From the NCBI GenBank assembly GCA_020200155.1, contig JAIVJG010000160.1:130-64129 (forward strand): a DNA stretch of 64,000 nucleotides, written 5' to 3'. Both the position numbers and the translations under genes were made by a program. Positions 1 to 7,456 of this stretch are shown one piece after another. The notes beneath the pieces are model-generated. The model was not told the origin of the DNA. It saw only the letters and a list, made by a program, of their open reading frames with translations, and did no database searches. This stretch comes from Acidobacteriota bacterium. Lineage in GTDB: Bacteria > Acidobacteriota > Blastocatellia > Pyrinomonadales > Pyrinomonadaceae. Position 1 is the first letter of the stretch. The number at the start of each line of letters is the position of its first letter.

Positions 1-863
1 CGCGCGACCTTGAGAGCCGCCGCGAGGTTCGTGCCGGTCGAGCCGCCGCAAAAGATTCCTTCCCTGCGTCCGAGTTGTCGCGACAACTCAAACGATTCGC
101 CGTCCGTGACGTTAATAATCTCGTCCACGTACTTGATGTGGACGTTTTCCGGGATGACCTCCTGCCCGATGCCTTCGACGAGATAGGGCGTCGCCTCGTG
201 CGTGCGGCCAGTCTCTTTGTAGGTCTTGAAGACGGAGCCGTAGGGGTCTGCGCCGACGACGCGGACGTTCGGGTTCTGCTCCTTGAGAAAGCGGCCCGTG
301 CCGGAGATCGTGCCGCCCGTGCCGAGGCCGGAGACAAAGTGCGTGATGCGCCCTTCGGTCTGCTCCCAAAGCTCCGGCCCGGTCGTGCGATAGTGCGCGA
401 GCGGGTTGTTGGGGTTCGAGTATTGGTCTGGATAAAAAGAGTTCTGCGTCTCGCGTGCGATGCGCCGCGCGGTCTCGACGTAGTGGTCGCGCGTGCCGGG
501 ACGCGCCGACGCCGGCACGACGACCACGTCCGCGCCGAGCGCCTTCAAGTACCTGACCTTCTCGACAGAGGCCTTGTCCGTCATCACGAAGATGCAGCGA
601 TAGCCTTTGATGGCGGCGGCGAGCGCGAGGCCGATGCCCGTGTTGCCGGACGTGGCCTCGACGATGGTGCCGCCCGGCTTGAGCGTGCCCTCGCGTTCCG
701 CCGCCTCGATCATCGAGACGCCGATGCGGTCTTTGACCGAGAAGCCGGGGTTGAGATTCTCCATCTTCGCCAGCACAGTGGCCTTGATGCCTTCGGTCAG
801 TCGCGTGAGCCTGACGAGCGGGGTGCGCCCGATGAGTCCCAGCACGTTGTCGTAGTAATTCAT
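1..863 (-). CDS. PLP-dependent cysteine synthase / cystathionine beta-synthase family enzyme (N-terminus in window, C-terminal end runs off the window edge)
   Basis: My own minus-strand translation from ATG (cat at 861-863) gives [53 protein letters not shown]. It has the SVKDR (PLP-Lys) and TSGNTG motifs. It is absent from the ORF track because there is no stop inside the window. Confidence 0.85.
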   Translation of the reverse strand, partial: MNYYDNVLGLIGRTPLVRLTRLTEGIKATVLAKMENLNPGFSVKDRIGVSMIEAAEREGTLKPGGTIVEATSGNTGIGLALAAAIKGYRCIFVMTDKASVEKVRYLKALGADVVVVPASARPGTRDHYVETARRIARETQNSFYPDQYSNPNNPLAHYRTTGPELWEQTEGRITHFVSGLGTGGTISGTGRFLKEQNPNVRVVGADPYGSVFKTYKETGRTHEATPYLVEGIGQEVIPENVHIKYVDEIINVTDGESFELSRQLGRREGIFCGGSTGTNLAAALKVA

Positions 864-1043
864 GTCTTCTCCGCCTCGATAATTGTTCTGTTGGGATGCC
901 TCACAGTTATACAACGGAACTCGCGCGCTCTGCTACCGGCGCAACCCGCGTTGCGCGCACGAGCTTCACGCGCGCACCTCCGCGACCCGGTGCAGCCCGG
1001 TTGATAAATCGAAGCGGGGCGTGCGAGGATAAAGCACACGCTT

Positions 1044-2057
1044 ATGACGGAGAAGTCGAGAGATTTAGACCTGTTGATTATCGGCGCGGGGCCAGCCGGG
1101 CTGTCCGCCGCAGACGCCGCCGCGCGCGAGAAGTTAAACTATCTCGTCATCGAGAAGGGACTCATCGCCGACACGGTCTATCATTATCCGGTCGGCCTGA
1201 CGGTCTTCTCGACGACGAACGAGCTTGAACTGCGCGAGGGCACGCTCAAGCCCTGCCGCGAGAAGCCGACGCGCGAGGAACTGCTCAACTATTACGTCCG
1301 CTTCGCGCTCGAAGAGAACCTGCACATCAACACGGAAGAAGCCGCGACCCGTATTGAACGCGCGGGCGACAACGCGGGAGGCTTCATCGTGCACACTTCG
1401 CGCGCTGAGTACGCGGCGGCGCGCGTGCTCGTCGCGACGGGCGCGATGGCACGCCCGCGTCGCCTCGACGTGCCGGGCGAAGACCTCCCGAAAGTACATC
1501 ACCGCTTCGTCGAAGCTTTTCCTTACGTCCGCAAGGACGCGCTCATCGTCGGAGGCGGAAACAGCGCGGCGGAGGCGGCGCTCTTTCTCTCCGAAGGCGG
1601 TGCGCGCACCACTCTCGCCATCTGGCGTTCCGACTGGGAGAATCGCGACCCGAAGCAGGGCTGCATCAAACACTGGGTGCGCGAGCCGCTCGAAAGGGAG
1701 ATGGCGGCGGGACACCTGCGCGTCCTTCTCTTCTCCGAAGTGGAAGAAATCGGCGCAGACTTCGTGAAGATTAAAACAGACGCGGGCGCGTCTGAGACGC
1801 TTCCAAACCACGTCGTCTTCGTCCTCATCGGCAGCGACGCAGACCTCACGCTCCTGCGCGACGTGGGCGTCCGCGTCACCCGCGACGGCCTCGCAGACGT
1901 TCCCACCTACGACCCCGCGACCTACGAGACGAACATCCGAGGCCTCTACGTCGCCGGCCACTTCACGCACTCACGCCACATCAAAGAAGCCATCGCCGTC
2001 CCGCGCCGCATCGTCCCCGCCATCGCGCAGTCTTTGAAGGCTGTGCAGTCTGCATGA
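1044..2057 (+). CDS. FAD/NAD(P)-binding pyridine nucleotide-disulfide oxidoreductase, YpdA-like (putative bacillithiol-disulfide reductase family)
   Basis: 337-aa ORF with the N-terminal dinucleotide fold LLIIGAGPAGLSAA and a second GGGNSAAEAA motif. The length and the 'YHYPVGLTVFST' region resemble the YpdA family. Confidence 0.75.
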   Translation: MTEKSRDLDLLIIGAGPAGLSAADAAAREKLNYLVIEKGLIADTVYHYPVGLTVFSTTNELELREGTLKPCREKPTREELLNYYVRFALEENLHINTEEAATRIERAGDNAGGFIVHTSRAEYAAARVLVATGAMARPRRLDVPGEDLPKVHHRFVEAFPYVRKDALIVGGGNSAAEAALFLSEGGARTTLAIWRSDWENRDPKQGCIKHWVREPLEREMAAGHLRVLLFSEVEEIGADFVKIKTDAGASETLPNHVVFVLIGSDADLTLLRDVGVRVTRDGLADVPTYDPATYETNIRGLYVAGHFTHSRHIKEAIAVPRRIVPAIAQSLKAVQSA

Positions 2058-2072
2058 ACACTTTTCTCACAC

Positions 2073-2316
2073 ATGAGCATGATGATTTTTGAGATTATCA
2101 GCGAGGTGACGGAGGTTGAGGCCATCGCGGTCGGCAGTTCAATTCGCGATGTGCAACGTTTGAGAAAGCAATACGGCAGGGGCAGGTGGAAGAAGATGAA
2201 AGGAGTTGCAAAGATACGGCTGATGAAGCGGTAGAATACGACTTGCCGAATTGCACTGGTATGAAGCGCACGGCATAGGGCGTAAAGAACTCAAACGTAA
2301 GCGATACCTTGACTGA
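2073..2316 (+). pseudogene. Frameshifted small conserved hypothetical gene (N-part 2073-2234, C-part continues in +1 frame to 2316)
   Basis: Frame 0 reads MSMMIFEIISEVTEVEAIAVGSSIRDVQRLRKQYGRGRWKKMKGVAKIRLMKR*. The +1 frame continues SGRIRLAELHWYEAHGIGRKELKRKRYLD* and ends 4 nt before the next gene. The two halves read like one small protein split near 2215-2230. Confidence 0.5.
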
Positions 2317-2320
2317 ATTT

Positions 2321-2557
2321 ATGAAACAGAAAACCAAGCACTCCATCCGTTTCGCAGTCTGTGTGAATAACTCCGAGTATCCGGCGTCGCTGGAACTCCA
2401 CAAAATTTACCGCCTGCTCCCCGACGAAGACGCTGCACAGGACGGCGACGTGCGCGTGATTGACGAAAGCGGAGAGGATTACCTGTATCCCGCCGATTAT
2501 TTTGTTGCTGTCGAACTACCACAGGAAATACAAAAGTCGCTGCTGCGTGCCGCCTGA
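2321..2557 (+). CDS. Small conserved hypothetical protein (78 aa), partner of the upstream frameshifted gene
   Basis: ORF track 2309..2557; ATG at 2321 gives MKQKTKHSIRFAVCV...VRVIDESGEDYLYPADYFVAVELPQ. It is tightly coupled to the upstream stop at 2314-2316. Confidence 0.6.
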   Translation: MKQKTKHSIRFAVCVNNSEYPASLELHKIYRLLPDEDAAQDGDVRVIDESGEDYLYPADYFVAVELPQEIQKSLLRAA

Positions 2558-2639
2558 TATCACACCATTCTCCCGCGCCGCGTCGTGCGACAATCAAACT
2601 GCTTCGAGCCTGTCGGTCGTGGTCGCTATCGCTTACGAG

Positions 2640-3425
2640 ATGAACCTTTCAATGCCCTCACAACTGGCGGCGAATTACAAAAGCCCCGCGCAACGGGCGC
2701 GCGTCGTCAGTGAAGCGTGGGGCGTGGAAAATCTCTACTGTCCGAACTGCCAGTCACCTTTCCTCAACTCTGCGCCGAATAACACAGCGGCTTTCGATTA
2801 CGTCTGCCCTCGCTGCACACAGTCTTTCCAATTAAAAAGCAAAAGCTCGCCCTTCGGCGCACGCATCGTTGACGCGGGCTACGGCGCGATGATGCGCGCG
2901 ATACTCGAAGACCGGACGCCCAACCTGTACGCGCTTCACTACGACCGCGCTCTCTGGCAGGTGCGGAACTTAATTCTCGTTCCACACTTCGCCTTTTCCT
3001 CGTCGGCGATTGAGGCGAGAAAGCCGCTCGCAGCCGGAGCGCGACGCGCGGGATGGGTGGGCTGCAACATTGTGCTGAAGAACATCCCGCCTGACGCCAG
3101 AATCAGTCTCATCTTGAACGGTGTCTCGACCCTCCCTCGATTCGTGCGCGAGAGTTTTCAACGGCTGCAACCATTCAAGGAAATCGGCGTCAGAGAGCGC
3201 GGCTGGACGCTCGACGTGTTGAGAATTGTGCGGTCACTGGGTAAGACGGAGTTCTCAAACAGCGATGTCTATGCGTTCGCCCCTCAACTTGAGCAATTGC
3301 ATCCAGACAACCGGCATGTGCGAGATAAAATCCGCCAGCAGCTACAGGTGCTCCGTGACAGAGGCTTTCTCTTCCAGCAACAACGGGGCTTCTGGACAAT
3401 AAGCGAACAATTCCCGCATCCCTGA
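2640..3425 (+). CDS. DpnI-like (Dam-replacing family) methyl-directed type IIM restriction endonuclease
   Basis: An internal ATG of ORF 2460..3425 gives 261 aa. It appears colinear with DpnI as I remember it: YKSPAQRARVVSEAW..YCPNC..FDYVCPRC..FQLKSK, RKPLAAGARRAGWVGCNI, and a C-terminal winged-helix region DKIRQQLQVLRDRGFL. Confidence 0.8.
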   Translation: MNLSMPSQLAANYKSPAQRARVVSEAWGVENLYCPNCQSPFLNSAPNNTAAFDYVCPRCTQSFQLKSKSSPFGARIVDAGYGAMMRAILEDRTPNLYALHYDRALWQVRNLILVPHFAFSSSAIEARKPLAAGARRAGWVGCNIVLKNIPPDARISLILNGVSTLPRFVRESFQRLQPFKEIGVRERGWTLDVLRIVRSLGKTEFSNSDVYAFAPQLEQLHPDNRHVRDKIRQQLQVLRDRGFLFQQQRGFWTISEQFPHP

Positions 3426-3467
3426 TTCTCACAAAATCACTCACGCGCTCTTCATCTCCGCCTTTGA

Positions 3468-3677
3468 GTTGATTCAGCGCCGCTCTGCGTTCGTGTTGTG
3501 CGCGGGTATGTTCATCGAACGCGGACGCGCGCTGATTCAGCGTAGCCGTGCGTTCGTTTAGCGCATTGATGCGCTGATTTAGCGCAGTCGTGAGTTCTTT
3601 CAGCGCAGGCGTGCGCTGATTTAGCGCGCGATTGCGTTTGTCCAGCGCAAGCGTGCGCTTATCTAGCGCAGAGGTGC
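3468..3677. repeat. Phased tandem array, about 10 x 21 bp (5 x 42-bp super-units), each unit carrying TGCGYT-N5-YAGCGCA-like dyad
   Basis: Units read directly, for example GCTGATTTAGCGCAGTCGTGA / GTTCTTTCAGCGCAGGCGTGC / GCTGATTTAGCGCGCGATTGC / GTTTGTCCAGCGCAAGCGTGC / GCTTATCTAGCGCAGAGGTGC. Odd and even units alternate. The array lies between the DpnI-like gene and the next ORF. Confidence 0.85.
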
Positions 3678-3795
3678 GGGAAACGTCCTCGACGTGGTGT
3701 TAAAGTTGTTATTGAAATGAGTTTAAGAGAAGCGTATGATGCCCGCGTTCACCTCGCGCAACGCTCACGTCCAAATACAAAAAAAGGAGTTTCCA

Positions 3796-4170
3796 ATGGC
3801 TAAGAATGAATCCAGACGCCTCAAATCGTCCGATCTGGCCGCAGACCGGGAAATTTACGACGCCGTCAAGGGCATTGCCAATTATGCACCGGCGAATCCC
3901 GCTTACACTCTGATGGCGCTCGACGCCGCGCACAAAGACCTTCAGACAGCACTCGAAAACGAAACGCAGGCCGAAGCGGCGCTGGCGACCGCGCGTGATA
4001 ACGCCGTCGCTGCGAGTTGGAAATTCCACAACGCCATACTCGGCGTCAAAGATCAGGTGACGGCGCAGTTCGGCCCGGACTCGAATGAGGTGCAGGCCGT
4101 GAAGTTGAAGAAGAAGTCCGAATACAAGACGCGCACGCGTAAAGCCAAAAACACCCCGCCTCAAAAGTAG
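3796..4170 (+). CDS. Hypothetical helical protein with basic C-terminal tail (124 aa)
   Basis: ATG at 3796 is preceded by AAGGAG about 6 nt upstream (MAKNESRRLKSSD...). It lies inside ORF 3736..4170. I recognised no family. Confidence 0.55.
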   Translation: MAKNESRRLKSSDLAADREIYDAVKGIANYAPANPAYTLMALDAAHKDLQTALENETQAEAALATARDNAVAASWKFHNAILGVKDQVTAQFGPDSNEVQAVKLKKKSEYKTRTRKAKNTPPQK

Positions 4171-4193
4171 TGTGGCGGGGCGCAGGTAAAATT

Positions 4194-4235
4194 AAAGGCG
4201 AAGGAGGAGCAAGAGACAGTCCCCCCTTCGCCTTT
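4194..4235. terminator. Bidirectional stem-loop terminator between convergent genes
   Basis: AAAGGCGAAGG (4194-4204) pairs perfectly with CCTTCGCCTTT (4225-4235), 11 bp. It is A-rich upstream and has a T-run downstream. Confidence 0.6.
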
Positions 4236-4258
4236 TCTGTGTTGTTCCGACTTCGAGG

Positions 4259-5428
4259 TTACGGCGCGTCCTTCGACGGCTCGCCGGTATTCTTCGCAGG
4301 GGGCTTCACAGTCGGAGGCGGCGGCGCGGTCGGCGCGTCGTCGTCGTCGCTTCTCGTCTGCTGCTTTGTGGTCTGCGGAGCGGGCCTGTCCTTCGACGGC
4401 TGCTCCCGGCTCTTCTCGTGCGGCTTGACGGTCGAGCGGATGACGATGAACTTGTTGAGCACGTCGAACCAGAACGGCGCGCCCTGCGAGACGGCCAGCG
4501 CGGTGAGCATGAAGCCCAGCACTTTCAGGAACATGCCGTAGGGGTCTACAGGCATCCGTCGCGGGTCAATGTCGTAGGCGACGAGCGCCGCTTTGAACTG
4601 CGGGTCGGTTAAATTTTTGTACTTCGGGTCGTCCCTCTGCGGTTCGTGCGGCCACCCGATGGGCAGGTCGAGTTGATTTATCTCGCCGCGAATCTGATTG
4701 ATCTTCTGCATGGACGCGGCGGCCTGATCCTGCGTCGTGCCGGCGGGCACGGGAGCCGGAGTCGCCCCCGGCGCGGGGTTGTTTTTGGCGTAATCCTCTG
4801 CGGCGCTCACGACGCTGGCGCGTAGCGCGTCGTTCTGCGACAGAGCCTTGAGAACCATGATGCTGTCAACGTTGAGGACTATCGCCGCAAACAGCCCCAG
4901 CCCAAGCAGAATCCAGTGCGTGCGCCGCTTGTACCAGCCGGAGACGCGATCCATCGCGTCGTTGTACCACTCCTCGATGTTGGCGCGTGCCTTGTTGAAG
5001 TCGTCGCCCGCCTCGTCCATCAACGTCACGACGGCGCTCTTGATGTCATTCGGCAGCGTCGTCTCCGGCAGGCTCGCCACCGTCGCGCGCAGGAGTTTCA
5101 AATCTTCTGTCACGCCCGCGACCGCGCCCGGCGCTTTCTTCGCCTCGGACGTAGCCAGATTCCACAGCGCGAGGCTGAACGTGCGAGCGGGGATGTAAGA
5201 TGGCTTTCTCCCTTCGTTGAAGAGAGGCTTGACGAGCGGGTGCGCGAAGAACTGCTGCGCCAGCGCAGGGTTGTTGAGAAGCCTTTTGATGCCCTTCTCC
5301 AAATCCCTCGCGCGAAACTTGAAGAGCAGTTCGATGAACTCGCTGAAGGCCGAGCACAGCAGGCTCAACAGCAGGTAGACGAAGATCATCCCGATGGCGA
5401 CTTCGAGCATCGTGGAACCGAAAACCAT
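4259..5428 (-). CDS. Hypothetical integral membrane protein with Pro/Ala/Lys-rich C-terminal tail
   Basis: 389-aa ORF with hydrophobic segments (MLEVAIGMIFVYLLLSLLCSAF, HWILLGLGLFAAIVL, FLKVLGFMLTALAV) and a low-complexity tail. Confidence 0.65.
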   Translation of the reverse strand: MVFGSTMLEVAIGMIFVYLLLSLLCSAFSEFIELLFKFRARDLEKGIKRLLNNPALAQQFFAHPLVKPLFNEGRKPSYIPARTFSLALWNLATSEAKKAPGAVAGVTEDLKLLRATVASLPETTLPNDIKSAVVTLMDEAGDDFNKARANIEEWYNDAMDRVSGWYKRRTHWILLGLGLFAAIVLNVDSIMVLKALSQNDALRASVVSAAEDYAKNNPAPGATPAPVPAGTTQDQAAASMQKINQIRGEINQLDLPIGWPHEPQRDDPKYKNLTDPQFKAALVAYDIDPRRMPVDPYGMFLKVLGFMLTALAVSQGAPFWFDVLNKFIVIRSTVKPHEKSREQPSKDRPAPQTTKQQTRSDDDDAPTAPPPPTVKPPAKNTGEPSKDAP

Positions 5429-5651
5429 GTGAGTCTCCTCTCTCAGGCCGGAGTCGGCCCGAAGGCAAGCGTTAACAGGCTGTGAGAAGTCCCCCCATGT
5501 AGAGCTTGCGGGAGGCGTAGCGGCGCTCAGACGGCGGGTAAGATACCACTTTATCCCGAAGTTTCAACCCCTATATAACGCAGGTTCGAGGCCTGCTGAC
5601 TGAAGCCACGGCGTCTTGTGCGGCATAGACTCTGAGGTCGAACTCTTTTTA

Positions 5652-7094
5652 TTACATCAGCGCGTCGCTGTGCGTGCGCTCGCGCCGTGCGACGCCGGTG
5701 CGGTAGGCGGCCTCTTCGACCTCGCGCGAGACGGCTTCGGCGACGCGCTTGTCGAAGACGGAGGGGACGATGTATTCGGGATGGCGCTCTTCGTCGGTGA
5801 TGATGGCGGCGATGGCCTGCGCGGCGGCGAGCTTCATCTCCTCGTTGATGCGAGAGGCGCGGCAGGCGAGTGCGCCGCGGAAGATGCCGGGGAAGCAGAG
5901 GACGTTGTTGATCTGGTTGGGGTAGTCGCTGCGGCCCGTCGCCATCACGGCGACGTGCTCCCACGCCTCTTCGGGCATGATCTCCGGCGTCGGGTTCGCC
6001 ATCGCGAAGACGATAGGCTTCTCCGCCATCGCCTTGAGGTCTTCGACGCCGATTACGCCGGGCACGGAGAGTCCTAAAAACACGTCCGCGCCACGGATGA
6101 TGTCGTGGATGCTTCCCTTCTCCATGTTCGGGTTGGTCTCGCGCGAGAAAGATTCCTTAACCCAGTTCATGTGCTCCTGCCGCCCCTGGTAGATCGCGCC
6201 GAACTGGTCGCAGCCGATGAGATTACGCACGCCCGCGCTCAAGATAATCTTCGAGCACGCGACGCCCGCCGCGCCCACGCCGTTGACGACGACCTTGATG
6301 TCTTCCATTCGCTTGCCGACGATCTTCAGCGCGTTAATCAAAGCGGCCAGCACCACGACCGCCGTGCCGTGCTGGTCGTCGTGAAAGACGGGGATGTCGA
6401 GTTCTTCCTGCAAGCGCGACTCGATCTCGAAGCAGCGCGGCGCGGAAATGTCTTCCAGATTGATGCCGCCGAATGCAGTCGAGATGAGCTTGATCGTCTG
6501 CACAATCTCTGCCGGGTCTTTCGTCGAAAGACAGATGGGAAAAGCGTCCACGCCCGCGAATTCCTTGAAGAGCATCGCCTTGCCCTCCATCACGGGCATC
6601 GCCGCCGCCGGGCCTATGTCGCCCAGACCGAGCACCGCCGTCCCGTCCGTCACGATGGCGACGGTGTTGCGCTTGATCGTCAGCGTGTAAGCCTTTTCGG
6701 GGTCGCGGTGAATCGCCTCGCAGACGCGCGCCACGCCCGGCGTGTAGGCCATCGAGAGGTCTGCGCGAGTCTTGAGCGGAGCCTTCGAGACGACCTCGAT
6801 CTTCCCGCCGATGTGCATCAGGAAAACGCGGTCGGAGACGTTGATGACCTCGACGCCGTCCACGTCGCGCGCCGCGCTGAGTATTTCCTTGCCGTGTTCG
6901 GACGAGCCTGCGTTGACGGTCACGTCACGGATGATCGCGTCGCGACCGACGCTGACGATGTCAATCGCGCCGATGTCGCCGCCCGCCCGTCCGATGGCCG
7001 TCGTCAGTTCGCCGAGCGTGCCCGTGCGGCTCGACAGTTTCACTCGCAGGGTCAGACTGTAACTGGCGCTGGGCGTGTTCTGCATCGGGGGCAA
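5652..7094 (-). CDS. NAD(P)-dependent malic enzyme with N-terminal ACT-like domain
   Basis: 480-aa ORF with LSMAYTPGVA, GLGDIGPAAAMPVMEGKAMLFKEFAGVDAFPI and NGVGAAGVA motifs. An N-terminal stretch of about 70 aa looks ACT-like. Confidence 0.9.
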   Translation of the reverse strand: MPPMQNTPSASYSLTLRVKLSSRTGTLGELTTAIGRAGGDIGAIDIVSVGRDAIIRDVTVNAGSSEHGKEILSAARDVDGVEVINVSDRVFLMHIGGKIEVVSKAPLKTRADLSMAYTPGVARVCEAIHRDPEKAYTLTIKRNTVAIVTDGTAVLGLGDIGPAAAMPVMEGKAMLFKEFAGVDAFPICLSTKDPAEIVQTIKLISTAFGGINLEDISAPRCFEIESRLQEELDIPVFHDDQHGTAVVVLAALINALKIVGKRMEDIKVVVNGVGAAGVACSKIILSAGVRNLIGCDQFGAIYQGRQEHMNWVKESFSRETNPNMEKGSIHDIIRGADVFLGLSVPGVIGVEDLKAMAEKPIVFAMANPTPEIMPEEAWEHVAVMATGRSDYPNQINNVLCFPGIFRGALACRASRINEEMKLAAAQAIAAIITDEERHPEYIVPSVFDKRVAEAVSREVEEAAYRTGVARRERTHSDALM

Positions 7095-7213
7095 GTGTCT
7101 TCGCTTCCTTTCAAGTTTGTTGCGCGTGCCGCTACGGAGTTTCTGTAGCCAACTCTAACGCCGGGAAAGCGCACGGCGCAAGTTCGTGTAAATCAGGTGC
7201 GCTCCGTCGCAGC

Positions 7214-7453
7214 TTACTTCTTGAAATCCCTGTTCCACACGCGGAAAATCTGGACGACGAAGATGAAGAACAGCGTGACGGGCAGTATCGCCCAGTAACG
7301 CTGCTGCCCTTTGAGGTTGAGGCCGCAAACCATCGAGGCCGTCACGCACAAAGTCATCCCGACCATGAGAAAACCGAGCTTGCCCATCAGCATCCAGCGC
7401 ACGAGCGTCAGCAGGAGCAGCAACACGATAATGACGGAGCCGGCTGTCGCCAT
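7214..7453 (-). CDS. Small membrane protein (79 aa, about 3 TM segments)
   Basis: Hydrophobic ORF that starts 3 nt after the stop of the upstream co-directional gene. Confidence 0.5.
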   Translation of the reverse strand: MATAGSVIIVLLLLLTLVRWMLMGKLGFLMVGMTLCVTASMVCGLNLKGQQRYWAILPVTLFFIFVVQIFRVWNRDFKK

Positions 7454-7456
7454 GTT

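Noticed and set aside
75-1004. Long plus-strand ORF (309 aa), and many similar ones in the track (for example 6105..7148+, 7556..8521+, 9450..10148+, 23542..25389+, 34440..35630+, 36063..37058+, 42118..43404-, 54255..55469+, 56009..57304+)
   Set aside because: They are Arg/Ala/Asp-rich 'shadow' ORFs antisense to genes with clear family motifs. This is typical of high-GC DNA, and none has a recognisable domain.
3468-3677. Possible CRISPR array
   Set aside because: The repeats are contiguous 21-mers with no unique spacers, they are too short, and no cas genes are nearby.
3190-3693. Minus-strand open frame through the 21-bp array that would encode an (RTxALNQ)n heptad-repeat protein
   Set aside because: There is no ATG, GTG or TTG start in the repeat part. 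The frame continues antisense through 235 nt of the DpnI-like gene with junk-like sequence. A periodic DNA repeat often leaves one frame open by chance. I kept it only as an alternative explanation (gene relic) in the repeat finding.
5505-5610. tRNA-like T-arm (GCAGG TTCGAGG CCTGC at 5581-5597), as a possible tRNA or integration-site remnant
   Set aside because: I could not build a complementary acceptor stem, D-arm or proper anticodon loop from the flanking sequence. It is probably a chance hairpin in the malic-enzyme terminator / membrane-protein promoter region.
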